A stretch of DNA of 64,000 nucleotides from Solobacterium sp. (lineage in GTDB: Bacteria; Bacillota_I; Bacilli_A; Erysipelotrichales; Erysipelotrichaceae), in assembly GCA_024680365.1 (NCBI GenBank), contig JAILCN010000168.1, positions 5,802-69,801 of the forward strand, read 5' to 3'. Made by a program: the position numbers and the translations under genes. Position 1 is the stretch's first letter; the number at the start of each line of letters is the position of its first letter. Below the pieces are notes generated by a model, which worked only from the letters and a program-made list of their open reading frames with translations, was not told the origin of the DNA and did not search any database. Positions 43,941 through 57,659 of this stretch are shown piece by piece.

Positions 43941-44903
43941 ATGGTCAGAAAAATAGGTGTTCTTACTTCCGGCGGAGACGCGCCGGGAATGAACGCGGCG
44001 ATCCGTTCTGTCACGCGGATCGCACTGAATAACGGGATCGAGGTCGTTGGCATTCATGACGGCTATCGGGGGCTTCTCGAAGAAAGCTTTGAGCCGATGA
44101 CCCGTCAGTCTGTTTCTGAGATCCTGAACAGAGGCGGTACAAAGCTCGGCTCCGCGAGACTGCCTGAATTCAGGGAAGATGAGGTCCAGGACCAGTGTAT
44201 CAAAAACCTGAACAGGGCCGGGATCGACGCGCTTGTCGTCATCGGCGGCGACGGATCCTACCGCGGCGCGCTGGCGCTGACCCGAAAAGGCATCAACTGC
44301 ATCGGACTTCCGGGAACCATCGACAATGATATTGCCGGTACGGATTTTACGATCGGTTTTGATACAGCGCTGAGGACCTGTGTCGAGAACGTCGATAAAC
44401 TGAGAGATACATCAAGCTCTCATCACCGCTGCTCCATCGTGGAAGTCATGGGAAACCACTGCGGAGATCTTGCTTTATATACAGCTGTCTCCTGCGGCGC
44501 AGAAATGGTCATTACGCCGGAAACAGGCTATGATGAGCTGGAAGTGCTGGAACGTCTGAGATATCTTGGCAGCGCTGTAAAGAAAAACCACGCAATCGTC
44601 ATCATCTCTGAAAAGATCTGTGACGTCGAGGAACTGGCGAAAAAAGTTTCCCTGAATACAAACTTCAGCGGACGGGCAACGGTTCTCGGACATATTCAGA
44701 GAGGCGGATCACCGACACCGACGGACCGTATGCTGGCAAGCCGGATGGGTGAGAAAGCAGTCGATCTTCTGATGGAAGGGATCGGCGGACACTGCGTGGG
44801 CATCATTGACAACCATATTACTTCTGTTCCGATCAGTGAAGCGCTTGAAAGACCGCGCGCATCACGCAAGCAGCTCTATCGTCTGTTCGATCGTCTGGTA
44901 TAA
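43941..44903 (+). CDS. pfkA: ATP-dependent 6-phosphofructokinase
   Basis: TSGGDAPGMNAAIR, GGDGS, PGTIDND, LGHIQRGG. Confidence 0.96.
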   Translation: MVRKIGVLTSGGDAPGMNAAIRSVTRIALNNGIEVVGIHDGYRGLLEESFEPMTRQSVSEILNRGGTKLGSARLPEFREDEVQDQCIKNLNRAGIDALVVIGGDGSYRGALALTRKGINCIGLPGTIDNDIAGTDFTIGFDTALRTCVENVDKLRDTSSSHHRCSIVEVMGNHCGDLALYTAVSCGAEMVITPETGYDELEVLERLRYLGSAVKKNHAIVIISEKICDVEELAKKVSLNTNFSGRATVLGHIQRGGSPTPTDRMLASRMGEKAVDLLMEGIGGHCVGIIDNHITSVPISEALERPRASRKQLYRLFDRLV

Positions 44904-44930
44904 AAAAATGGCTGATCAGCCATTTTCTTT
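44902..44930. terminator. Bidirectional terminator between pfkA and rnj
   Basis: AAAAAAATGGCTGATCAGCCATTTT. Confidence 0.7.
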
Positions 44931-46745
44931 ATCTTTCTGCAGAGCCGCTTTCCGGTGCGCTGCTGTCTTTGCCATGATCTCGGCGATCGCCGCTTTCTGG
45001 TTCAGGATGACAGGGATGACGATCGGGTTGCGGTTTGTTTTCTGGAACAGGAACGGTTCCAGCGAAGAACGGATGCAGTTCTTCAGTTCTCCAAAGGTGG
45101 TTCTCTGGGCCATCTTTTTCTTCAGCGCGTCATAGACAAGGAGTTCTGCTTCCTTGAGAAGCGTCTGTGAATCCCTGATAAAGACGAAGCCGCGGGAGAC
45201 GATGGATGGACGGCAGAGGATCTTGTTGTAGCGGGAATCGATCGTGACAATGACTGCGACGAGTCCGTTTTCAGCCAGGATCTTGCGGTCCTTGATGACC
45301 GATGTGCTCAGGCCGCTGGCGTCGTTGCCGTCGACGTAGATCGCGTCGGTCTGCACTCTTTCATTTGCGATGAAGCAGGTCTCATTTCTGAGGACGACGA
45401 TATCTCCGTTGGAACAGATCAGACAGTTCTCTTTCGGGATGCCGGTTTCCTGCGCTGTCGCGGAGTGCTGGACAAGCATTTTGTATTCGCCGTGGTTCGG
45501 CATGAAGAATTTCGGCTTGATCAGATTCAGCATCAGCTTCTGTTCTTCCTGCGGCGCGTGTCCGGTCGTATGGAAGGATGTCAGCGGGGAATTCGTGACG
45601 ACGTTGGCGCCGACTCTGGTCAGCTGGTTGATGACGCCGCCGACACTGACGCCGTTGCCCGGGATCGGGTTGCTCGAGAAGAGAACAGTGTCACCGGGAA
45701 GGATCTTGATGAATTTATGCGTTCCATTGGCGATCCTGCTCAGGGCTGCCATCGGTTCACCCTGGCTGCCGGTGCAGACGATGCAGATCTTGTTCGGCGG
45801 CAGGGTATTCAGCTCGTTGCCGGTGATGAAGCTGCTGTCAGGAATTCTGATAACACCCATGGCGCGTCCGATCTCGCAGACATTTTCCATGGATCTTCCG
45901 AAGACCGCAACTTTTCTGCCGCAGGCAACCGCTGCTTCCAGGATCTGGTTCAGACGCAGGACGTTCGACGCGAAGGTCGATACAAGCAGACGGCCCGGTG
46001 TTTTGCGCATCTGTTCATTGATCGCGATCGCGACTTTCCGTTCGGAAATGGAGAAGCCGGGAACGCTGGAGTTTGTTGAGTCACTCATCAGAAGGGTGAC
46101 GCCGGTCTGACCCATGAATGCCATTTTCTGATAGTCACTGTTTGTTCCGACCGGTGTCAGGTCAAACTTGAAGTCGCCGGTCTCGACGATCCTGCCGTTC
46201 GGGGTGTTGATCAGAACCCCCAGGGAGTCAGGGATCGAATGTACGGTATCGAAGAAGCCGACGGAGAAATACTTTGTCTTGATCCGGCTGTCGCTGTTGA
46301 TCTCAATGACCTTGCAGCTGCGGGACTGCCGGTGTTCTTCCAGTTTTTTCTCGATCAGCGCTTTGGCAAAGCGCGGTGCGTAGATTTCCTTGATATGCAC
46401 TGACTGCAGAAAGAAGGGGATCCCGCCGATATGGTCTTCGTGACCGTGCGTGATGATCAGCGCTTTGACCTGATCATGTTTTTTGACAAGGTAGGAATAG
46501 TCAGGAATGACATAATCAACGCCGAGCAGGTCGTCTTCGGGGAATTTAACGCCGCAGTCTACAATGATGATCTCATCATTGTGTTCATAGCAGTACATGT
46601 TTTTGCCGATCTCGCCCAGACCGCCAAGTGCATAGACAAGCGTATCATTTTCATGATCGATCGTATTCACATTAAAATCAGGGTCGGAAATCTGAGAATA
46701 GCGGAGCCCTTTTGCGGGTCCGCTTCCGTATCTTGTTTCAGTCAT
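44916..46745 (-). CDS. rnj: Ribonuclease J
   Basis: LGGLGEIGKN, THGHEDHIG, HSIPD, TGSQGEP, HTTGH. Confidence 0.96.
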   Translation of the reverse strand: MTETRYGSGPAKGLRYSQISDPDFNVNTIDHENDTLVYALGGLGEIGKNMYCYEHNDEIIIVDCGVKFPEDDLLGVDYVIPDYSYLVKKHDQVKALIITHGHEDHIGGIPFFLQSVHIKEIYAPRFAKALIEKKLEEHRQSRSCKVIEINSDSRIKTKYFSVGFFDTVHSIPDSLGVLINTPNGRIVETGDFKFDLTPVGTNSDYQKMAFMGQTGVTLLMSDSTNSSVPGFSISERKVAIAINEQMRKTPGRLLVSTFASNVLRLNQILEAAVACGRKVAVFGRSMENVCEIGRAMGVIRIPDSSFITGNELNTLPPNKICIVCTGSQGEPMAALSRIANGTHKFIKILPGDTVLFSSNPIPGNGVSVGGVINQLTRVGANVVTNSPLTSFHTTGHAPQEEQKLMLNLIKPKFFMPNHGEYKMLVQHSATAQETGIPKENCLICSNGDIVVLRNETCFIANERVQTDAIYVDGNDASGLSTSVIKDRKILAENGLVAVIVTIDSRYNKILCRPSIVSRGFVFIRDSQTLLKEAELLVYDALKKKMAQRTTFGELKNCIRSSLEPFLFQKTNRNPIVIPVILNQKAAIAEIMAKTAAHRKAALQKDKENG

Positions 46746-46826
46746 TATGGTGATTACCTCACTTTTCAGGGGGATGTTCTCTTATATAGTTTATTATACC
46801 ATCTGCGGATGGAAATAAAAGCCTTC

Positions 46827-47393
46827 TCAGATCTCAATTGCTCCGGGAGGATGGCTGAAAGGATCATCGTGATTGATGTGATCGTAGAACAGAATGCCTT
46901 TGAAATGATCCAGCTCATGCTGAAGCACGATGGCCAGATAATCTCTTGCTCTGATCTCGATGTTTTTGCCGCTGATCAGATCGAATGCCTTTACCTTGAT
47001 GCGGGCGCTCCGGACGACATATCCCTGGTGTTCTTCTTCGACCGACAGGCATCCTTCTCCTGAGGACAGATATGCTTTCTGCACAGAGGAGGAAATGATC
47101 TTCGGGTTGACCAGCATATATTCATAATGAACGGGGTTTCCGTTCTTGTCTTCGTCGTCAACGACGACAGCTGTCAGCTGCTTCGGAACGCCGACCTGGA
47201 TGGCACTGATGCCGACCGCTGGCCTGAGGTTGTATTTTTCCGCTTTTTCTTCGTCTGTGGAATCGACGACATACTGGAACATTTCTCTCAGAAGCGTTTC
47301 ATCTTCCGCTGAGAGGGGAAGTTCTACAGGTACAGATTCATGACGAATAAAAGGATCATTGTCTTTCAGTATCGTATCATTATTTATTACCAT
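46827..47393 (-). CDS. def: Peptide deformylase
   Basis: VGISAIQVG, EGCLSV, QHELDH. Start at ATG 47393 after GAGG. Confidence 0.95.
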   Translation of the reverse strand: MVINNDTILKDNDPFIRHESVPVELPLSAEDETLLREMFQYVVDSTDEEKAEKYNLRPAVGISAIQVGVPKQLTAVVVDDEDKNGNPVHYEYMLVNPKIISSSVQKAYLSSGEGCLSVEEEHQGYVVRSARIKVKAFDLISGKNIEIRARDYLAIVLQHELDHFKGILFYDHINHDDPFSHPPGAIEI

Positions 47394-47527
47394 ATCAGTA
47401 TTACCTCGCTGATATTCTAGCAGATGGAAAACAGATGTCAAAAAGAAAATGAGGTGTATGCGGTTACATTGAAAGATTTTTTGAATCCTGCCTCGGCAGA
47501 CATATTTCATGATAGAATAATTGCGTT

Positions 47528-48736
47528 ATGACAGGTTCTGTGAAAAAGAAAAAACTGATCTATTCAAGGATGCCGAAAGGCTATGACAAAGTGATCCATC
47601 TGATGATCCTCATCCTGATCGTTTTCGGTACGATCATGATCGCCAGTGCTTCGATGGGTCTGCGGACAGGCGATAACCGGTATCTTCTGATCACGATCGT
47701 CAAGCAGATCGTGTATGTGGTGTTCGGCTATCTGCTGATGACAGCAGCTGCCAATCGTTTCAAGTTTGATTTCCTGCGGGGAAGTCTGTTCCCGTCTCTG
47801 ATCATGTGTACATTCCTGGCGCTGTTTGCCTGCCGTCTGTTCCGTCCGGTCAATGGTTCCTATGCGTGGATCCGTATTCCGGTCCCGGGCACGCAGGTGA
47901 CGATCCAGCCTTCGGAATTTGCGAAGGTCGTCGGCATTCTGATCGTTGCGGCATACTGCGGCGATTTCAAACGGAAGTTCAAAGGCTGGTGGGACATGCT
48001 GTGCAAGCCGATCCTCATTGCTCTGGGCTTTATCTTCATCATCCTGCTGCTTCAGCATGACCTGGGTTCGGCAGTCGTTATATTCCTTGTAACATGCGTC
48101 TGTTATCTGATTCCGGATCATCCGCAGATGAAGGTGTTCCAGATCATTCTGAAGGTGCTGTTCTGGCTGACGGTCGCGTTTGCGATCTTCATGCTGACAA
48201 CGGATACAGGCAGAAAGATCATAGAAGCGCTGCCGATGGAAAACTATCAGAAGATGCGCTTTATCGTTGCGATCGATCCCTGGGCGGATAAATATGACTC
48301 CGGCTATCAGCTGATCAAGGGACTGACGTCATTTGCTTCCGGCGGGCTGTTCGGCAGGGGATTCGGCAATTCTGTATTTAAATACACGGATTTCCCGGAA
48401 ACCAACACGGACTATATCCTTGCCATTCTTGTTGAAGAGTTCGGCTTTGTCGGCTTCCTGCTGCTGATCACGGTGTACGCTGTCATCCTGTGGCGGCTGT
48501 TCTATTTCGCCCTGAAAATGAAGTCTGAACGCGGCCGGATCATTCTGATCGGCACGGCGACATATCTTCTTGTCCATCTGTTTTTCAATATCGGCGGCGT
48601 TACCGGAATGATCCCGCTGACCGGCGTTCCGCTTCTGATGATCTCAGCCGGCGGAAGTTCCACTGTTTCCTTTATGCTTGCGATCGGCATTTCGCAGGCG
48701 GTCATCCGTGCGTATACGAGGAATGAGATCGCATGA
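47528..48736 (+). CDS. ftsW: SEDS protein FtsW/RodA
   Basis: IQPSEFAK, DLGS, GYQL, PETNTDYI, PLTGVPL..SAGGSS. Confidence 0.85.
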   Translation: MTGSVKKKKLIYSRMPKGYDKVIHLMILILIVFGTIMIASASMGLRTGDNRYLLITIVKQIVYVVFGYLLMTAAANRFKFDFLRGSLFPSLIMCTFLALFACRLFRPVNGSYAWIRIPVPGTQVTIQPSEFAKVVGILIVAAYCGDFKRKFKGWWDMLCKPILIALGFIFIILLLQHDLGSAVVIFLVTCVCYLIPDHPQMKVFQIILKVLFWLTVAFAIFMLTTDTGRKIIEALPMENYQKMRFIVAIDPWADKYDSGYQLIKGLTSFASGGLFGRGFGNSVFKYTDFPETNTDYILAILVEEFGFVGFLLLITVYAVILWRLFYFALKMKSERGRIILIGTATYLLVHLFFNIGGVTGMIPLTGVPLLMISAGGSSTVSFMLAIGISQAVIRAYTRNEIA

Positions 48737-49293
48737 GGATCGTCGGCGGAGAATATTCATCCCGCAGGATCGAGACGCGGAAGGGGAATGATACAAGACC
48801 GACGCTGGACAAGGTGCGTGAGGCAGTGTTTTCCTCGCTTGGCGGACGGTTTGAAGGCGGCGTGTTCCTGGATCTCTATGCCGGCAGCGGCGCCAACGGC
48901 TTTGAAGCTCTCTCGCGGGGCATGGATGAGGCGGTGTTTGTGGACAGCGCCTATGATGCTGTCGCGGTGATCCGAAAGAATGCGGCTTCTCTGCAGTGCA
49001 GCGAACGGTGTACGATCCTGCATATGAAAGATCTGAAAGCTCTGCAGAAATTCCGTGAGGAAGGCAGAAAGTTCAATATCGTTTATCTGGATCCGCCGTA
49101 CGCGAAGCAGATCAACAACCGGGTCCTGGAACTTCTGGAAGAATATGAACTTCTTGCGGCCGGCGCCTGTGTTGTGATCGAAAGTCTGAAAGAAGACCAT
49201 TTTGAACAGATCATCGGCACTCTGAAGCCGGTCCGGGAGAAAGAATACGGCATTACCCGCATTACATATTATAAGAAGGAGGAGCAGATATGA
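48733..49293 (+). CDS. rsmD: 16S rRNA m2G966 methyltransferase
   Basis: MRIVGG, TRPT.DKVREA, DLYAGSG, LDPPY. Confidence 0.95.
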   Translation: MRIVGGEYSSRRIETRKGNDTRPTLDKVREAVFSSLGGRFEGGVFLDLYAGSGANGFEALSRGMDEAVFVDSAYDAVAVIRKNAASLQCSERCTILHMKDLKALQKFREEGRKFNIVYLDPPYAKQINNRVLELLEEYELLAAGACVVIESLKEDHFEQIIGTLKPVREKEYGITRITYYKKEEQI

Positions 49294-49772
49294 GAGTGTG
49301 TTATCCTGGTACATTTGACCCGATCACCAAAGGACATCTTGATATTATTGAACGGGCAGCCCGCAAATTTGATGAGGTTGAAGTTCTGATCATGGTCAAC
49401 GTCCGAAAGAAATGCCTGTTCAGTGAAGTAGAAAGAAAACAGATGATCATTGACTCACTGCGTGAGATCGGCTGTCCGGAGAACGTGCATGTTCACGTCG
49501 GTTCGGGACTGACTGTCGACTTCGCGAAAAAGCTTCAGGCAGGGGCGGTCATCCGCGGCATCCGGGCTGTTTCTGATTATGAATATGAACTCCAGCAGGC
49601 AACTGCGAACATGGCTCTGGACAGGGATCTGGAAACGATCTTCCTGATCGCGAAGCCAGAATTCTCCTTTCTGAGTTCTTCCGTCGTCAAGGAGATCGCA
49701 ATCAACAAAGGTGATATCTCTGAATTCGTTCCGGAAGCGATCATCCCCCGCGTGCTGGAAAAGTATGAGTAG
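49290..49772 (+). CDS. coaD: Phosphopantetheine adenylyltransferase
   Basis: YPGTFDPITKGH, RGIR..DYEYE, SSSVVKE. Confidence 0.96.
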   Translation: MRVCYPGTFDPITKGHLDIIERAARKFDEVEVLIMVNVRKKCLFSEVERKQMIIDSLREIGCPENVHVHVGSGLTVDFAKKLQAGAVIRGIRAVSDYEYELQQATANMALDRDLETIFLIAKPEFSFLSSSVVKEIAINKGDISEFVPEAIIPRVLEKYE

Positions 49773-49779
49773 AAGGAGG

Positions 49780-49803
49780 CAGGCACAGCCTGCTTTTTTA
49801 TTT
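49780..49803 (+). terminator. Terminator after coaD
   Basis: GCAGGC-ACA-GCCTGC plus T-run. Confidence 0.7.
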
Positions 49804-49814
49804 GACAGCAAGAT

Positions 49815-49885
49815 TTAGCACTTTAGGCTTGACAGTGCTAAAAGCCGGAAGTAATATATTAGCAGGCAGATAAAAAGAGTGCTAA
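49815..49885 (+). promoter_or_regulatory. Two CIRCE operators flanking the sigmaA promoter of hrcA
   Basis: TTAGCACTT-N9-CAGTGCTAA (49815-41) and TTAGCAGGC-N9-GAGTGCTAA (49859-85); TTGACA (49829)-N17-TAATAT (49852). Confidence 0.9.
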
Positions 49886-49900
49886 AGGAGGTGCGGGGAA

Positions 49901-50918
49901 ATGCTGACGCCCAGACGAATAGAGATATTCAAAGCTATCGTCGATGAGTTCATCAAGACGGCAGAACCAGTCGGTTCAAAAACACTGCAGCAGAAATACC
50001 ATCTTTCGTATTCCAGTGCTACGATCCGCAATGATATGCAGGTTCTTGAGGAAATGGGCTATCTGGAAAAGACGCACACTTCAAGCGGCCGCGTACCGAG
50101 TACGCTCGGCTATAAGTTCTACTGTGAAAATCTGCTGGATAACAGTTATATCGATAAACGGATGGAAGTAGCGATCAAGGACGCGTTTCAGCTTCAGAAC
50201 CTGAATATTGAAGACGCGATCCGCCAGAGCTGCTCGATCCTGTCGGAAATGACAAACATGACGGCAGGTGCGATCGGTCCGGATTCCTCCGAACAGAAAC
50301 TGGAACACATCAAGCTGTTCCCGATCGATGAAAGAAACTGTGTCTGTGTATTCATCACGAATACCGGTCATACCGAAACAAAGAACTTCCACTTTGACGA
50401 AAACATCCCGTTCTCAGACATGGAAACATGTACGGACGTACTGAACCAGAAACTCAAAGGTGTCCGGATCAGTGATCTGCCGGAACGGATGCAGGAGATC
50501 CGTCCGGATCTGAACGCTGTCGTCAAACGGCACGATCTGCTGTTCACCGCGTTTGTCAGGGCATTCGTGAAATTCGCCGGAGAAAATGTCTACTTCTCCG
50601 GAAAGGACAGGATGCTGTATCAGCCGGAATTTGAAGATATCACAAAGCTGAAGCAGCTGATGAGCATGCTCGAGGATTCCAAAGTATGGAGAAGGATCGG
50701 GCAGAATGACAAGGCGCTGGCGGTCACAACGACCCGCGGCGCAACACTGACCTGGTATGACGATCTGGCGGTCGTCCGCTCGTCATTCAAGGTCAACAAT
50801 TCAGAAGGCGGTGAACTGATGGTGATCGGACCGAGCCGGATGAACTATGACAAAGTAGTCTCCATGCTCGACTACGCCGCAAAGATGATTGAAAAGATGT
50901 ATATGTCAGGAGGCGGAA

Positions 50919-50932
<14 letters not shown>
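49901..50932 (+). CDS. hrcA: Heat-inducible repressor HrcA
   Basis: EPVGSK, SSATIRNDM, HTSSGRVP, IGPSRMNY. Confidence 0.96.
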
Positions 50933-53322
<2,390 letters not shown>

Positions 53323-53390
53323 AACAGATGAAAACGGAATGCGGGACGAACCGATCCCGCTTTCTGCACTTTAGAAAGGCAGGCTGAAGC

Positions 53391-54533
53391 ATGGCAGACA
53401 AACGAGATTATTATGAGGTGCTGGGAGTCGATAAGAATGCTTCCGAAGCAGATATCAAGAAAGCATACAGGACACTGGCAAAAAAATATCATCCCGATAT
53501 CAATAAAGAGCCTGGCGCGGCAGATAAGTTCAAGGAAGTCAATGAGGCGTATGAAGTTCTGAGTGATCCTCAGAAGAAGGCTGCCTATGACCAGTTTGGC
53601 TTTGCCGGCGTCAATGGCCAGGGCCAGGGCTTCGGCGGATTTGACGGATTTACCAGCGGCGGTTTTGATGATCTGAACGATATCTTTTCCTCTTTCTTCG
53701 GAGGCGGCATGGGAGGCTTCTCCTCATCATCACGTTCTTCGCGGAGAAACTCTCCGCAGCGGGGCGATGACAAATTCATGCGGATGAACATTTCATTCCT
53801 GGATGCCTGCTTCGGCAAGAAGGAAACGATCAACATTACTGTCGATGAGACCTGTACTGCCTGCGGCGGCAGCGGCGCAGCCAGCGACAAAGACATTGAG
53901 ACATGTCCGAACTGCCACGGTTCGGGTACGGTCCTGAGTCAGCAGAGAACGGCATTCGGTGTCTTCCAGACGCAGGGCGTCTGTCCTGACTGCCGCGGCA
54001 CAGGCAAAAAGATCAAGAAGGTCTGCCCGCAGTGCAGAGGCGCAGGATACAACAGAAGAAGAACGGATGTGGAAGTCAATATTCCGGCCGGCATCAACAG
54101 CGGCCAGCAGCTCCGCGTCCAGGGCAAAGGCGAACGCGGCACCAACGGCGGACCCAACGGCGACCTGTATATCGAGATCAACGTACAGCCGCATCCGCAG
54201 TTTGAAAGAGACGGAAAAAATATCTATCTGAATATTCCGATCTCTGCGGTAGACGCGACCCTTGGCACCAGTGTTGATGTACCGACGATCTACGGTGACG
54301 TGACGATGAGGATCCCGGCCGGCACCCAGAACGGAAAACAGTTCCGTCTGAAAGAAAAGGGCGTACCGGATGTCCGTACAGGCAGAAAAGGCGATCAGAT
54401 CGTTGTCGTGACTGTCCGGGTCGATGAGAACCTGTCCCGGAAAGAGAAAGAACTGTACAGGCAGCTCCAGGAACTTGAAAAGGGCAAAGGCAAGGAAAGT
54501 ATCTGGGAAAAATTCAGAAACAGTTTTTCCTGA
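53391..54533 (+). CDS. dnaJ: Chaperone DnaJ
   Basis: J-domain HPD, G/F-rich region, four CxxCxGxG motifs. Confidence 0.98.
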   Translation: MADKRDYYEVLGVDKNASEADIKKAYRTLAKKYHPDINKEPGAADKFKEVNEAYEVLSDPQKKAAYDQFGFAGVNGQGQGFGGFDGFTSGGFDDLNDIFSSFFGGGMGGFSSSSRSSRRNSPQRGDDKFMRMNISFLDACFGKKETINITVDETCTACGGSGAASDKDIETCPNCHGSGTVLSQQRTAFGVFQTQGVCPDCRGTGKKIKKVCPQCRGAGYNRRRTDVEVNIPAGINSGQQLRVQGKGERGTNGGPNGDLYIEINVQPHPQFERDGKNIYLNIPISAVDATLGTSVDVPTIYGDVTMRIPAGTQNGKQFRLKEKGVPDVRTGRKGDQIVVVTVRVDENLSRKEKELYRQLQELEKGKGKESIWEKFRNSFS

Positions 54534-54559
54534 TCGATATAAAGGAGGCAGCATAATAT

Positions 54560-57127
54560 ATGAACATTGAGCAGATGACTGAGCAGCTGCAGTCTTTCAT
54601 AATGGCTGCTTTACAGAAGGCACAGACAAACAGAAACAGCGAACTGAGTGTTGAGCATGTGCTGTGCGCAATGCTGGAAAGCGACGCGCTTGACGGCATA
54701 TTCGAACGAATGAATGTTTCAAAAGATGAAATGCGCAGGATCGCGGAAGAATATATGAAGAAGCTTCCGTCTGTGCAGGGCAGCGGTGATCCCGTCCTGT
54801 CGAGATCTCTTTCCCAGGGCTATCAGAACGCGCTTGGGATCATGAAGCAGTTTAACGACAGCTATATGAGCTCCGGCGTGCTTCTGGCAGGGATCATGCA
54901 GACAGACGCGGCAGCCGTAAAAGAAATGAAAAAGCGCGGAAACTTTGATGAGAACAAAGTGATCAGCGCGGAAAAAGAAAGAAGAGGAGGTGTTACCATG
55001 GATGAAAAAGGAAACGAAAGTCAGCTTGACGCTCTTGAAAAATACGGACATGATCTGGTCCGCGATGTCAGGGACGGCCGCATCGATCCGGTGATCGGCC
55101 GTGACGAGGAAATCAGAAGGGTAATAGAGATCCTCTCGAGAAAAACAAAAAACAATCCGGTCCTGATCGGTGAACCGGGTGTCGGCAAGACGGCGATCGT
55201 CGAAGGACTTGCCTGGCGCATCATGAAGGGTGACGTACCGCTGGGACTGAAAGACAAGCGGCTGATCGAACTGGACATGGGCGCCATGATCGCCGGAGCC
55301 AAGTACAGAGGTGAGTTTGAGGAACGTCTCAAGGGCGTTCTGAAGCAGGTCCAGGAAGCAGAAGGCAGCATCATTCTCTTCATTGATGAGATCCACAACC
55401 TTGTCGGAGCCGGCAAGACGGAAGGATCGATGGACGCTGCCAATCTGCTCAAGCCGATGCTTGCCCGAGGTGAGCTGAAATGCATCGGTGCAACGACATT
55501 TGACGAATACCGCAAATACATTGAAAAAGACAGGGCTCTGGAGAGACGTTTCCAGAAGATCATGGTTCAGGAGCCGACGGTAGAAGATACCATCAGCATT
55601 CTCAGAGGCCTGAAAGACCGTTTCGAATCCCATCACGGCGTACAGATCAAGGATGAAGCGATCATCGCGGCTGCGGTTCTTTCCAACCGCTATATTACCG
55701 ACAGATATCTGCCGGACAAGGCGATCGACCTGATCGATGAAGCATGCGCCGGGATCCGTGTGGAAATGGATTCCATGCCGGCTGAGCTCGATGAGCTTTC
55801 CCGCCGCATCATGACGCTGCAGATCGAAGAGACTTCCCTGAAGGATGAAAATGACTACAAGGCACAGGACAGACTGGAAGAGATCCGGAAGGAACTCGCT
55901 GACCTGAATGAGGAAAAAGCAGTCAAATTCTCGCAGTGGGAATCTGAAAAGAAGAAGATGGACGCGGTCAAAGACAGCAAGGAACAGCTGGAAAAGGCAA
56001 AGCTGGATCTGACCCAGGCACAGAATGACGCGGACTATGAGCGTGCTGCGAAGCTGAAATATGATACGATCCCGTCTCTTGAAAAGCTGATCGCCCAGGC
56101 GGATGCGGAAGGCGAAAACCGGATGATCCGTCAGGTCGTCGACGAAGACATGATCGCCCGCATCGTTTCCCGCTGGACGCATATTGAGGTATCCCGTCTG
56201 ATGAGCACGGAACGTCAGAAGATCCTGCATCTTCCGGATGTTCTCAGACAGCGCGTCATGGGACAGGAACAGGCGCTTCGCCTTGTGGCAGATGCCATCA
56301 TGCGTTCCAAAGCGGACATCCAGGATGAAAACAGACCGCTCGGCAGCTTCCTCTTCCTCGGACCGACCGGCGTCGGCAAGACCGAGGTGGCAAAAGCGCT
56401 TGCCCAGCAGCTGTTCGATGACGAAAACAAGATCGTCAGGATCGATATGTCTGAGTATATGGAGAAGTTCAGCGTCAGCCGTCTGATCGGTGCTCCTCCG
56501 GGATATGTCGGCTATGAGGAAGGCGGTCAGCTGACGGAAGCTGTCCGCAGAAGTCCCTACAGCATCGTTCTGCTTGATGAAATTGAAAAAGCGCATCCGG
56601 ATGTATTCAATATCCTGCTTCAGATCCTTGATGACGGCAGGATCACGGATTCCAAGGGCGTGACGGTCGATTTCAAGAATACGATCATCATCATGACCAG
56701 CAACCTCGGCAGTCAGTACGCCTTTGAGGCAGACGCGGATCTGCGTGAGGATCACTACATGAGTGAAGTACATCGTTTCTTCAAACCGGAGCTGATCAAC
56801 AGGATCGATGAGATTATCGTCTTCAACGCCCTCGGCAGCGAAGTCCTGAAACAGATCGCTGACAAGTTCCTTGCCCAGCTCAGCGAGCGTCTTGCCCGCC
56901 GGGATATCGGTCTGAAGGTAACGGATGAAGCAAAGACCAGGATCATCCAGTGCGGTGCTGATCCGACCTTCGGCGCCCGTCCGATGAAGCGGCATATCCA
57001 GAGAGAGATCGAAACAGGAATTGCCAGAGTGATCCTTGAGAATCCGGATATTGCTTCTAAGACGATCTGTGTCGACGCGGATGATGATGGATATGACATC
57101 TATATTCTGCAGCAGAATCTTTCATAA
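54560..57127 (+). CDS. clpB: Disaggregase ClpB
   Basis: Two AAA+ domains ([16 protein letters not shown]) with a long coiled-coil middle domain. Confidence 0.93.
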   Translation: MNIEQMTEQLQSFIMAALQKAQTNRNSELSVEHVLCAMLESDALDGIFERMNVSKDEMRRIAEEYMKKLPSVQGSGDPVLSRSLSQGYQNALGIMKQFNDSYMSSGVLLAGIMQTDAAAVKEMKKRGNFDENKVISAEKERRGGVTMDEKGNESQLDALEKYGHDLVRDVRDGRIDPVIGRDEEIRRVIEILSRKTKNNPVLIGEPGVGKTAIVEGLAWRIMKGDVPLGLKDKRLIELDMGAMIAGAKYRGEFEERLKGVLKQVQEAEGSIILFIDEIHNLVGAGKTEGSMDAANLLKPMLARGELKCIGATTFDEYRKYIEKDRALERRFQKIMVQEPTVEDTISILRGLKDRFESHHGVQIKDEAIIAAAVLSNRYITDRYLPDKAIDLIDEACAGIRVEMDSMPAELDELSRRIMTLQIEETSLKDENDYKAQDRLEEIRKELADLNEEKAVKFSQWESEKKKMDAVKDSKEQLEKAKLDLTQAQNDADYERAAKLKYDTIPSLEKLIAQADAEGENRMIRQVVDEDMIARIVSRWTHIEVSRLMSTERQKILHLPDVLRQRVMGQEQALRLVADAIMRSKADIQDENRPLGSFLFLGPTGVGKTEVAKALAQQLFDDENKIVRIDMSEYMEKFSVSRLIGAPPGYVGYEEGGQLTEAVRRSPYSIVLLDEIEKAHPDVFNILLQILDDGRITDSKGVTVDFKNTIIIMTSNLGSQYAFEADADLREDHYMSEVHRFFKPELINRIDEIIVFNALGSEVLKQIADKFLAQLSERLARRDIGLKVTDEAKTRIIQCGADPTFGARPMKRHIQREIETGIARVILENPDIASKTICVDADDDGYDIYILQQNLS

Positions 57128-57130
57128 ATG

Positions 57131-57162
57131 AAAAGGCCTTCCCGAACGGAAGGCTTTCTTTT
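57131..57162. terminator. Bidirectional terminator after clpB
   Basis: AAAAGGCCTTCC-loop-GGAAGGCTTTCTTT. Confidence 0.75.
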
Positions 57163-57526
57163 ACTCGTGACTGTCTTTCAGCAGTACGCTGAGATCCAGA
57201 TCCAGGTCTTCTGCCAGGCTCTTCTGGTAGAGGGTATTGATCTGCTCATCAATATCATCTTCCTGAACCTGCGGCTCAAGACCGGTATCGAATCCGATGA
57301 TGGGGATCTTCAATGTATCTTCCCGCACCGGCAGGGAAACCGATACGATCCGTGAGATCATCACTTCACTGTTCATCAGCCCGTTGAGCAGATTCAGTTT
57401 TTCCGGCGGATCAGAAAGGTCTTTAAAAGCATCCGGATTTGCGATATATCCGGATTCTTCACTATTGTCATCCAGCCTGACGGTGATGAATTTCTTCAGA
57501 TAGGGTATGAGCTCTTCTGCTTTCAT
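57161..57526 (-). CDS. Hypothetical protein (121 aa, acidic C-terminus)
   Basis: Ends at the shared terminator; AT-rich upstream region with TATAAT; no SD. Confidence 0.65.
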   Translation of the reverse strand: MKAEELIPYLKKFITVRLDDNSEESGYIANPDAFKDLSDPPEKLNLLNGLMNSEVMISRIVSVSLPVREDTLKIPIIGFDTGLEPQVQEDDIDEQINTLYQKSLAEDLDLDLSVLLKDSHE

Positions 57527-57659
57527 GATGATTAGTCTTATTATAATCTAATTTTCTCCTGATGCGTTAACATGTATGAATGGAAAAGGAAAATTAAGTC
57601 TTTAATGAAAAGGAAAACAGGGTATAATGAATAACGTCTGAATTAACGAGGTGACGGAT

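Noticed and set aside
54719-56995. 758-aa antisense ORF over clpB (similar ones lie over dnaK, carB, tsf and galE)
   Set aside because: These are typical shadow ORFs from codon bias in conserved genes, with no motifs or SD.
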